From the NCBI GenBank assembly GCA_963741955.1, contig CAVUKB010000004.1, forward strand, positions 320,001 through 384,000: DNA of 64,000 nucleotides. The letters run 5' to 3'. A program made the translations under genes and the position numbers. Shown here in pieces: positions 48,424 to 57,200 of this stretch. Source of the stretch: an uncultured Acidobacteriota bacterium. GTDB taxonomy: Bacteria; Acidobacteriota; Thermoanaerobaculia; Gp7-AA8. Positions within the stretch are counted from its first letter, which is position 1. Each line of letters starts with the position of its first letter. Under the pieces are notes generated by a model that was given only the letters and a program-made list of their open reading frames with translations, was not told the DNA's origin and did not search any database.

Positions 48424-48877
48424 TCACGCTCCTTTCGGCGAACAGAATCTGAGCGACCATGAGAAGCATCGCGACGTCTCGGATCACGACGAATCTCATT
48501 TCACCGATCAACTGCTGGTGGCTCTTCGTGGCGGAGCTCAGATCGAAGCAGCCGCAGTTCACGGCGTTGTCGCGGGCGAGGTTGATGGAGATTGCGATGA
48601 CGAAGGCGAGGAGGAAGGTTCCGATGATCGTGGCGGCGGCTCTGCGCCAGAACCCGAGGATCAGCGCGATTCCGCACATCAGTTCGATCCACGGCATGAC
48701 CAGGGCCATCAGGTTCAGTGCGGCGCCGGGGACCAGCCGGTAGTTGTACATCATGTGAGCGAACGAGGGGGGATCGACCAGCTTCGGCAGCGACGCCGCG
48801 ACGAAGATCGCTCCGAGCGCGATCTGCACCCTGACCGTGAGCCAGGGGCTGGTGAACCAGCGGCGGAGGGTGGTCAT
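48377..48877 (-). CDS. MauE/DoxX family membrane protein
   Basis: GAIFVAASLPKL, PWIEL, NCGCF; start overlaps the rhodanese stop. Confidence 0.88.
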   Translation of the reverse strand: MTTLRRWFTSPWLTVRVQIALGAIFVAASLPKLVDPPSFAHMMYNYRLVPGAALNLMALVMPWIELMCGIALILGFWRRAAATIIGTFLLAFVIAISINLARDNAVNCGCFDLSSATKSHQQLIGEMRFVVIRDVAMLLMVAQILFAERSVNAVPDDYRALPDQVR

Positions 48878-49665
48878 CGCGGGCCCTTTTCGACCGGCCG
48901 TCCCTTCTTCTGCCAGTCGGGAAAACCGTCCCGGTCGACCAGGACGTTGTCCAGCGCGAGTCCGTACAGACGCTCGGCCAGCATGTGTGAATCCTCGCAG
49001 TTCCCGCCGAGGCAGTAGACGACGATCGGCGCCTTCGGGTCGAGATTCATCTCGTAGACCTTCTGGAGCTTCTGTTCGAGATCGCCCTCCCACGGGCTGA
49101 TGTTGTGCGCTCCCGGCACGTGGCCTTCCGCGAATTCGCCCGACCGGCGTGCGTCGAAGAACGTTGCACCTCTGTTGAAAAGCGTCCAGGCGTCGTTCCC
49201 CGAGATCTCGACCCACGGCTGATTCGGATGCGGTGGGAATGTCTTCCCGGAATCTGCCGCCGCAGGTGCCGGCCCGGTCGTCGGAGCAGTAGAGGTAGAG
49301 GATGATGCGTTCGGAGATGACGGCCGTTTCGCGGGCTCGCCGCGGGTCGCGGTCGTCGCGGGGGCGGCTCCGTTCGGAGTGACCTCCGTGGCCGGAACCG
49401 CGGACGATGTCTCCACCGGTGTCACCGGAAGTGGATCCTCCATCGGAGTGGTGGTCGGGAGAAGCGTGGCAGACGTCGTCGCCGGCTCTGCGATCGGCGC
49501 CGGTTCGGCCACTTCGCTCTTCTGCGTCAGTTCGGTGGCTCGGGGATAGATCCCGATCCAGGCCAGTCTGCGGCTGGGAGATGCGAGCAGATTGGCGACG
49601 GTTGCACAGAGCACCGCTGCGGCGATCAGTGTCACTGTCTCGAGAAGAAAGCGGCGATTGAACAT
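48874..49665 (-). CDS. Membrane-anchored rhodanese-like protein with Pro/Thr linker
   Basis: FFDARRSGEFAEGHVPGA, IVVYCLGGNCEDS, GFPDW. Confidence 0.88.
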   Translation of the reverse strand: MFNRRFLLETVTLIAAAVLCATVANLLASPSRRLAWIGIYPRATELTQKSEVAEPAPIAEPATTSATLLPTTTPMEDPLPVTPVETSSAVPATEVTPNGAAPATTATRGEPAKRPSSPNASSSTSTAPTTGPAPAAADSGKTFPPHPNQPWVEISGNDAWTLFNRGATFFDARRSGEFAEGHVPGAHNISPWEGDLEQKLQKVYEMNLDPKAPIVVYCLGGNCEDSHMLAERLYGLALDNVLVDRDGFPDWQKKGRPVEKGPR

Positions 49666-49838
49666 GATTTCAGACCTTCGAGGCGGTGGTAAGGATATCG
49701 GATCGAATGGCGCGAGCACAGGGGCTCCGCACGAGGACTTTCGTCACTGCCCCAAACTGAGACGGCGGCGGAACGATTCCGTTTCGTCGACCCGATCCGC
49801 GCGATTGCATCCGCTCGTCCGAGCCGATGTGGCGCGCC

Positions 49839-50801
49839 TCAGCCGCGGTAGAGACTCCGCACCCATTCGGCGTCACGTAGCGAGAGCGGCTCTCCTCCCT
49901 GCGCCGCGGCTTCCGCCTGCCGGCGGTTCCTCTGACCGAGGAGGACAGTGGCGGTCGGGTTGCCGGCCAGCAGCGCGCCGGTGAGCGCATGAAGCACCGG
50001 TTCCGGATGCGCAGCGAAGCGTTCGCGGATTTTTGCGCAGGCATGCTTCATCCGTCCGATCGCTTCGGGGTCGCGGAATTCATCGATCCGCCGGCGGAAG
50101 TCCCCCACGGGGAACTCGACCGGCTCATCGTATTTGCCGAGGAGGAGACCGTGCTTGAGAGGAGAGAAGAAGGCCACTCCGAGATCGCGCGCGTCGACGA
50201 CGGCTCGGAGCCCGCTGGATTCGTACGTGTCATCCAACACGTTCCGGTAGGGCTGTACGACGTCCGGATCGACGCGGTCCGCGAGCGTGGCGATTCTTTT
50301 CGAATCCCAGTCGGAAAGTCCGAGAAAGCGGAACTTCCCCTCCTTCCGGAGATCGCTCATGGTCGCGATTGCGTCGTCCAGATATCGGTCTTCGGGACCG
50401 AAGTTGCAGTGGTGGAAGTAGTAGAGGTCGACCGTTGCGCTGCGGAGATTCCGCAGAGAGCGGTCCAGCTGTCTCCGGATCTGAGCGGGGTGGTAAGGAT
50501 GATCGAACGGGCCGGCATCCCATCCGACCTTCGTGGCGAGGAAGATCTCGTCGCGCGCGACGGCACCCCACACCGATCCGATGAGCTCCTCGGCGTGACC
50601 GTTGCCGTAGACGTCTGCCGTATCCCAGTGGTTGATGCCGTTCCGGTGTGCGGCGACGATCGCTTCCCGCGCACGAGCATCATCGTGTCCCGACCAGCCG
50701 ACCGGTACATCTCCCGCGACATTCGGCCCACCGTGTCCCCACGTGCCGAGACTGACGGCGGAGATCATCGCGCCGGTTCTGCCGAATCGGATCCGTCTCA
50801 C
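49839..50801 (-). CDS. Aldo/keto reductase
   Basis: SLGTW, DTADVYGNGHAEE, LATKVG, DLYYFH, FSPLKHGLL. Confidence 0.93.
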   Translation of the reverse strand: MRRIRFGRTGAMISAVSLGTWGHGGPNVAGDVPVGWSGHDDARAREAIVAAHRNGINHWDTADVYGNGHAEELIGSVWGAVARDEIFLATKVGWDAGPFDHPYHPAQIRRQLDRSLRNLRSATVDLYYFHHCNFGPEDRYLDDAIATMSDLRKEGKFRFLGLSDWDSKRIATLADRVDPDVVQPYRNVLDDTYESSGLRAVVDARDLGVAFFSPLKHGLLLGKYDEPVEFPVGDFRRRIDEFRDPEAIGRMKHACAKIRERFAAHPEPVLHALTGALLAGNPTATVLLGQRNRRQAEAAAQGGEPLSLRDAEWVRSLYRG

Positions 50802-50873
50802 GGCTGCGGATTATAACCAGTGGAGTTGCGCCGATCGGCTCTATCCGGCGCGCACGCGCGCCGGACGGCTGGA

Positions 50874-51353
50874 TCAGAACCCGTTACGTCTGAACGGAGA
50901 GAGGTACTCCCCCTTCTTCGATTCGAAGCGGCCGCTCTTCGCGAGGAGGCGGATCCGGTAGACCGCGCCGCGAGTGGCGATCTCTTCGACCGAATGGGGA
51001 TATCCCTGGCGCCCCGACTCGAGATCGCGGATGAAGGGGACCACGCGGTCGAAGTAGGCGCGGAGCGTGCGGAGAGCCTCCTCACCGGAGAGCTCTTCGT
51101 AGCGCCCCCAGGCGATGACACTGCGCCAGTTCATCAGATCGTCGATCTGCTCGGTCTCGACACAGAGCTCGGCCGACTCGCGCATCATCTCGAGCTTGCG
51201 GCCGGGACTGCTCTGCCCGAAGAGCGATTGACCGTCGTATGCGAGCGAGACGGGGACGCAGTACGGCTGACCGCGCGACGCACCGGCGATCCGGTAGACG
51301 AGTGAGGAGCGCAGGATAGTCTCGATCTCTGCGGCCGACAGAGGAGACGACAT
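50874..51353 (-). CDS. Pyridoxamine 5'-phosphate oxidase-like flavin-binding protein
   Basis: PYCVPVSLAYDG, GRKLEMMR, WRSVIAWGRYEEL. Confidence 0.85.
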   Translation of the reverse strand: MSSPLSAAEIETILRSSLVYRIAGASRGQPYCVPVSLAYDGQSLFGQSSPGRKLEMMRESAELCVETEQIDDLMNWRSVIAWGRYEELSGEEALRTLRAYFDRVVPFIRDLESGRQGYPHSVEEIATRGAVYRIRLLAKSGRFESKKGEYLSPFRRNGF

Positions 51354-51424
51354 TCCATCATTGTAGCCGGAGTGGTACCTCTCCGTCTCTCCTTTCCGAC
51401 CTCGAGAGCGCGCTCTCTCTTTCG

Positions 51425-52006
51425 TCAGCGAGGCGGCTCCTGACCCGGGATCACGTTCCCCTTCTCGTCGAGGCGGATCGTCTCCCCTCGTTTGAAGGTG
51501 TGACCCTCACGTGCGAACGGATGCGACGCTTCGCACTGCCGCAGCCGTCCGTTCTCGTGAAACACGACCCCCACGCTACCGCGTGTGGAATCGGACCAGA
51601 GGCCGGCTCGGCGGCACGGAACGCCGTCGATCGTCTCGTGCTCGGCGAGCCAGCAGAGGCGGAGGCGCCCGTCGGGGTGGAGGGCGGTCATCCAGCTTCC
51701 CGCTCCCTCTCCGCGGCAGACGTGGCCATCGAGTGACGTGTCTTTGGAGAGGAACAGCCAGTCGGGAGTGTCTCCCGAAGCGAAGTGAAGCCATGACCCT
51801 GCGGGGATGTCGGACCCGAAGAGTTTCTGGTCGCCGGAGGTGCGGCAGCGCTCGCCCACTCCGTTCAGGTCGGGTACGACGCGGTCACAAGCTACGCCGT
51901 GAACGGTTCGGATCTCTTCGGGTTTCTGCTCCTCGTTCGCGAGTGCGCCTCCCGCCGAGAGCAGAATGGGGGAAAGGATGGCCAGCAACCACAGGACGTG
52001 CTTCAT
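51425..52006 (-). CDS. Secreted Cys-containing hypothetical protein with beta-repeats
   Basis: Signal peptide; LHPDGRLRLC and FHENGRLRQC repeats; GGAGG RBS. Confidence 0.7.
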   Translation of the reverse strand: MKHVLWLLAILSPILLSAGGALANEEQKPEEIRTVHGVACDRVVPDLNGVGERCRTSGDQKLFGSDIPAGSWLHFASGDTPDWLFLSKDTSLDGHVCRGEGAGSWMTALHPDGRLRLCWLAEHETIDGVPCRRAGLWSDSTRGSVGVVFHENGRLRQCEASHPFAREGHTFKRGETIRLDEKGNVIPGQEPPR

Positions 52007-52119
52007 CGCGTTTTCCTCCGTTTGCTCGATTCTTGCGAGTGGAGCCGATGTCCGCTGTGCTCCCCGTCACCGTTACGATGGTCAGGATCCGGGGTGATAA
52101 TCGGCAGGAGGAGGCATTC

Positions 52120-52800
52120 ATGAGTGCGATACGACCGACGCGAATCCTTCTGGTGCGTCATGGAGCGACAGAACTGACGGCGGAAGACAGCTTCGCCGGT
52201 GAAACGGACGTGCTTCTCTCCGACGAAGGAAGGGATCAAGCGAGGCGTCTTGCGGAGCGGCTGGAACACGTTCCGGTGAGCGCAGTCTTCGCCAGTCCGA
52301 AGTCGAGGACGATGGAGACGGCGAAGATTCTGGCGGAGCCACACCGGCTGGAGGTGGAGGCGGTGCCGGAGCTTCGGGAGATCTCGCACGGCCACTGGGA
52401 AGGCCGGAGGCGCGCGGAAGTCGAGCGCCTCTTTCCGGACGAATACGCCCGCTGGGAGGAAGACCCGTTCACCTTCGCACCGGACGGAGGGGAGACGGGG
52501 CTGTCGGTCACCGCCCGTGCGCTTCCGGCTCTGCTCGAGATCGTGAACCGCCATCAGGGAGAACACGTCCTGGTCGTCTCGCACAAGGCGACCATCCGGC
52601 TCCTTCTCAGCTCGGTCCTCGGGTTCGACGCGCGGACGTACAGGGACCGGCTGGATCAGGATCCCTGCGCTCTCAACATCTTCGACTTCCGCGATCCGGC
52701 CCGGGCGCGTCTGTCGCTCTTCAACGACACTTCGCATTACTCGGCGACCGTCCCGGAGATCCCGAGCAAGCGGCTCTCGAAATGGTGGGACGAGCGATGA
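52120..52800 (+). CDS. Histidine phosphatase (phosphoglycerate mutase family)
   Basis: LLVRHG, SPKSRT, LREISHGHWEG, VVSHK. Confidence 0.93.
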   Translation: MSAIRPTRILLVRHGATELTAEDSFAGETDVLLSDEGRDQARRLAERLEHVPVSAVFASPKSRTMETAKILAEPHRLEVEAVPELREISHGHWEGRRRAEVERLFPDEYARWEEDPFTFAPDGGETGLSVTARALPALLEIVNRHQGEHVLVVSHKATIRLLLSSVLGFDARTYRDRLDQDPCALNIFDFRDPARARLSLFNDTSHYSATVPEIPSKRLSKWWDER

Positions 52801-52916
52801 GGGGGACTCGAGGCTCGAGGCTGGAGGCTCGCCAACGTCGGACAGAACTTTTTTCCGGAGTCCCCTAGAACAGAAGAATGTTTCGCAAATCTCACACTTG
52901 TGAGAACTACGTTCTC

Positions 52917-53012
52917 CCCCGAGCCCCGAGCCCCGAGCCCCGAGCCCCGAGCCCCGAGCCCCGAGCCCGAGCCCCGAGCCCCGAGCCCCGAGCCCCGAGC
53001 CCCGAGCCCCGA
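52917..53012. repeat. Heptamer microsatellite (gagcccc)n, about 13 copies
   Basis: Directly visible; degenerate inverted heptamers (gaggctc) near 52803-52831. Confidence 0.92.
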
Positions 53013-53029
53013 ACGGATATCATGCGGTC

Positions 53030-54229
53030 ATGAACGAAGATCCTCTGCTCGAGACTCGCCCCCAATTTCCGATCCTGGAGAAGACGAACTATCTCGTGTC
53101 GCATTCGCTCGGTGCGATGCCGGCGGCAACCGCCGGCCGTCTCGCGGAGTACGCGGAGAGCTGGAACAGCCGCGGCGTGCGCGCGTGGGGCGACCGCTGG
53201 TGGATGCTGTCGATCGAAGCGGGCGACGCGATCGCGCCGCTCATCGGAGCGCCGGCAGGGTCGGTGGTCATGCTTCCGAACGTCACCACCGCGCAGGCGG
53301 TGATCCTCTCCGCGTTCCGCTTCGAGGCGCCGCGCAACCGGGTGGTGATGGTCGAGGGCGACTTCCCGTCGGTGCGTTACGTCTACGACGGTCTCGCGCG
53401 AAGGCTCGGCGCCGAGATCGTCACCGTCCCTCACGACGGGTCGGGACTCGGAGTCGATCCCGGTGAGCTCCTCGCCGCGATCGACGAGCGGACCGAGCTC
53501 GTTTCCATCTCACACGTCCTCTTCCAGTCGGCGTTCATGATCGACGCGCAGTCGGTGGCGAAGCGGTGCCGCGAGGTGGGGGCGACGCTGGTCCTCGACA
53601 TCTTCCAGTCTGCGGGCATCGTTCCGGTCGATCTGCAGGGATGGGACGTCCCGATCGCGACGGGCGGAGTGCTGAAGTGGCTCTGCGGCGGACCGGGAGG
53701 AGGATTTCTCTACGTCCAGCCGGAGCTGCGGGCGAAGCTCCGGCCGGCGCTGACCGGGTGGATGGCGCACGAGAACCCGTTCGCATTCGCCCCTCCACCG
53801 ATCTCGTACCGGACCGACGCGATGAGGTTCGCCATCGGGACGCCGCCGATACCCGCGCTCTACGCCGCGCTCGAAGGGCCGCGCATCGTCGCATCGGTCG
53901 GGGTGGAGAAGATCCGGGCGAAGTCGCTGCGACAGACCGGCCGCCTGATCGGTCTCGCCGCGGAACGGGGATGGGAGATCCGCAGCCCGCGCGAGGCGGA
54001 GCGGCGGGGAGGGTCGGTGGCGATCCGCGTTCCGCACGCGCGTGAAGTCGCCGCAGAGCTCAACGCGTCGGACGTTCTCTGCGATTACCGTCCGAAGTCG
54101 GGGATCCGTCTCGCGCCCCACTTCTACAACGCGGATCGGGAGATCGACGCGGCGGTGGAGGCGATCGACGACATCCTTCGGGACGGACGTTGGAAGAGAC
54201 ACGAAGAGCGCGGCGGAATCGTGACGTAG
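53030..54229 (+). CDS. Kynureninase-like class V PLP enzyme
   Basis: YLVSHSLGAMP, DFPSVRY, GGVLKWLCGGPG, TGWMAH, GTPP, RRGGSV. Confidence 0.82.
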   Translation: MNEDPLLETRPQFPILEKTNYLVSHSLGAMPAATAGRLAEYAESWNSRGVRAWGDRWWMLSIEAGDAIAPLIGAPAGSVVMLPNVTTAQAVILSAFRFEAPRNRVVMVEGDFPSVRYVYDGLARRLGAEIVTVPHDGSGLGVDPGELLAAIDERTELVSISHVLFQSAFMIDAQSVAKRCREVGATLVLDIFQSAGIVPVDLQGWDVPIATGGVLKWLCGGPGGGFLYVQPELRAKLRPALTGWMAHENPFAFAPPPISYRTDAMRFAIGTPPIPALYAALEGPRIVASVGVEKIRAKSLRQTGRLIGLAAERGWEIRSPREAERRGGSVAIRVPHAREVAAELNASDVLCDYRPKSGIRLAPHFYNADREIDAAVEAIDDILRDGRWKRHEERGGIVT

Positions 54230-54272
54230 CGGCGGAGGGGCGAGAGACGAGAGTCGCCCGGTTCCTCGAATC

Positions 54273-57200
54273 TCACTCCGCTCTGAAGATCGAGTCACCG
54301 CTTCCGTTGTCGACGGAGATCACGAACACGGTGGCGGCGCCGTCGCCCTCCACGAGCTCGAGCTCCAGCTGGACGTCGTGGAGATTTCCGAACCGGGTCT
54401 CGCGATCGGCGCCGATGATCGAGCGGGCCATCTCGTCCGCCATCATCAACTGACCGGCCGAGAGTGAGAAGTCCTTCGATGCGGTCTGGCCGGTGAAGGC
54501 TCGACCATCCTGGAAACGAAGTGTTGCCCTGACCCTGATCGAGGCGCCCCCGCTCTCCAGGATACCGAATCCCGTACGCCAGGTACCATCGAGTCGCGCT
54601 GCGACGGTTGTCCGGGTCGAGTCTTCGAGTCCTGCGAAAACGCGCGACTGCCCGAGCCGGAGTCCCGACGTCGCAGCGACGGCGGGGATCGCCGCGCCGA
54701 TGCTGCCGCCGTTCGAGCCGCCGGATCGCATCCTGGATTCCATCACGGCGCCGCCGCTCCGGGGCGTGAAGACGATCGAGCCGCCCGCACTGCTGCTTCG
54801 GCCGAAAAGCGTCTTCGCGACGTCGCTCCAGGACCTCGTCTGCAGCGGAGCGAGAGTGACGTCGCGGGAGATCGAGACTCCGTTTTCGAGGTATCGAAGT
54901 GTTCCTTCGACCGCAGTGCTTCCCGGATTGAACAGCGTCAGATCGGTCGCGATGCTCGCGCTTGCCGCGGCCTCCAGCGGCTTTGTGCTCGTTCCCGGTG
55001 GACGGACGATGCGGCGCCGCCCTCCTCCGTTCTCTGCCGTCGCGCTGCGTACCAGCGGAAGACGAACCGCGGAGGTGGAGGAGTAGCCGAAGAACAGAGG
55101 CCAGTCGACCAGAGCCCACCGGTCGCCGCTCGTTTCGTCGGTCGCCGCCGCGTACGCGACGATTCGTCCCGAGGATCCTGAATCGTTGCTGACGATCGCC
55201 GAGACTGCGCCCGAAGGCGCCGCGTCAGCGAGCTCCGCGACGCCGAACGGCTCCAGTTGCGCGGTGGACGACGAGAGCTCCATCCCGTTTCCGGAGAGCC
55301 ACCGCACCTTCACATTCGCTTGCTGGCCCGACGTCTCCTGAATGTACAGATCGGTGTGCAGCCCGGCACCTTTTTCGAGTGCAGTCAGGGCGGTGGTGCC
55401 GCCGGGTGCCACGGAACGGTCCGACCGGAAGATCGGAATCGACCCGGCAACGGTTCCCCGTCCCGCTCTCGTGGTCACGCTGCGAGCCTCGGCGAGGATG
55501 GAAGTCCATTCGCGGGTGCGGATCTGGAGCGTTCCACTCTGATTGCTCTCTGTGTAGACGCCGTTCACCACACTCGCCAGGGTGAGAGCCTGATTCGGCG
55601 CCACGGATCCGATCGAGGCCACGGAGGTTCCCGTCATCCCCGCTCGGCTGTAATAGAGCTTCAGATCTGAGATCGATCGGGAGGCGAACGCGTTCGCGAT
55701 CGAGAGATCGCTGAACGAGCGCGAGCTCGACGTCGACTGATCTCTGATTCCGGGAATGAACCGGGCGATCTCGCCGGCGGCGAGCGGCGGGATCGTTCCG
55801 GCGGCCACGCTCGGTCGCGTCGTGTCGACCACGGTCACCAGACTGAACGACACTCCCGGCGGCGTCGTTCCTTCGGGCGCAATGTCTCGGAGGAGAGCTC
55901 GCGCCGCGCTCCCGCTGTCGCTGACGTAGATGAGCTTCAGGTTTCCGGAGACGGTTCCATCCGCGCTCCCGATCGTGCGCTTCGAGCGCTCCACCTGAAA
56001 GTTGAGCAGCGCGATGTCGCCCGACGAGATGTCGATGATGTCCTGCGGAGGAACCAGCCATGGGACGTCGGAGACGAGAATGCCGGTCAGAGGTGCGGTC
56101 CCGACGTTGCGGAACGTCACCGTTCCGACCGCATTCGTATCCACGTCGCCCGAAAGATCGATCCGGCTGTTCACCGCTTCCGCTGTGGCGGTCCCCGTCG
56201 TCGTTGCGACGGAGAGCATTCGGATCACGACCTCCAGATCCTCCGGCACTCCGTCGCCGCTCGGGACCGAATATCCCCAGTAGGGACCGAGCGGCTGCTG
56301 CGGGACCGCCGTCACCGTGACGGTCTGACTGGCACCGCCGGCGAGAGTGAACGAAGTCGGAGACTGCTCGAAGAATTCGCTGTCGCGCTCGAGCGTCACC
56401 GTCGTCGAAACGTCGCCGAAATTCGTCAGAACGAAGGCGTCCTGATTCTGCGGGACGCCCCGGATCTCGATCAATCCGGAGGTCGGCGACGTCAGAACCA
56501 CTTCTGCAGGCGCGTTGACCTTCGCCGTCGTGGTCGCGGTCACTTCGACGGTCGCCTCGCTCGTGACGACGTTCTTCTGGTAGCCGTGCGGATGCGTGAC
56601 GCTCCGGACGCGGAGATAGTACTTCGTGGAAGGCGCCAGTCCCCTGATCACGACGGAGTCGGCCCATTTGTCGGGCGTGGTGGCGATCGATACGGGGGCG
56701 CCACCAGGGGTGAGCGAAGCGATCGCCTGGTAGCCTCCTTCGTCCCAGCCGTACTCGATGGTGTGCCACGACAGCGTGATGCTGCGGTCGGTCGTCGTGC
56801 CGGGAGCGACGCCGGTCGGTGCCACTGTCTGCGATTCCTGCCACGAGCCTTCCTGTTTCCGGTTCAGGAAGAGAAGGACCGCACCATCCGAGGTGTAGAG
56901 CGCGTTGTAAGAGACGTCCAGACCGCCGTCTTCAAGTGTCTCGAGCAATGTGATCGACGACGGCACCGGGCCGGAGAGTACGTTCTGACTCAGGTCCATC
57001 TGGATGATCGACGCGAGTCCGCCGATCGAATCGGGAATGGGACCCGTGAAGTGGTTCGAACCGAGGGAGAGATATTGTAGTTGAGGAAACGAGCCGATCC
57101 AGGTCGGGATCGTGCCGGTGAGCTCGTTGTCGCCTAGAAGGAGGACCTGAAGCCGGGACAGGTTCTCGAGCGACGGGACCGCTCCACTCAGGAGGTTGGA

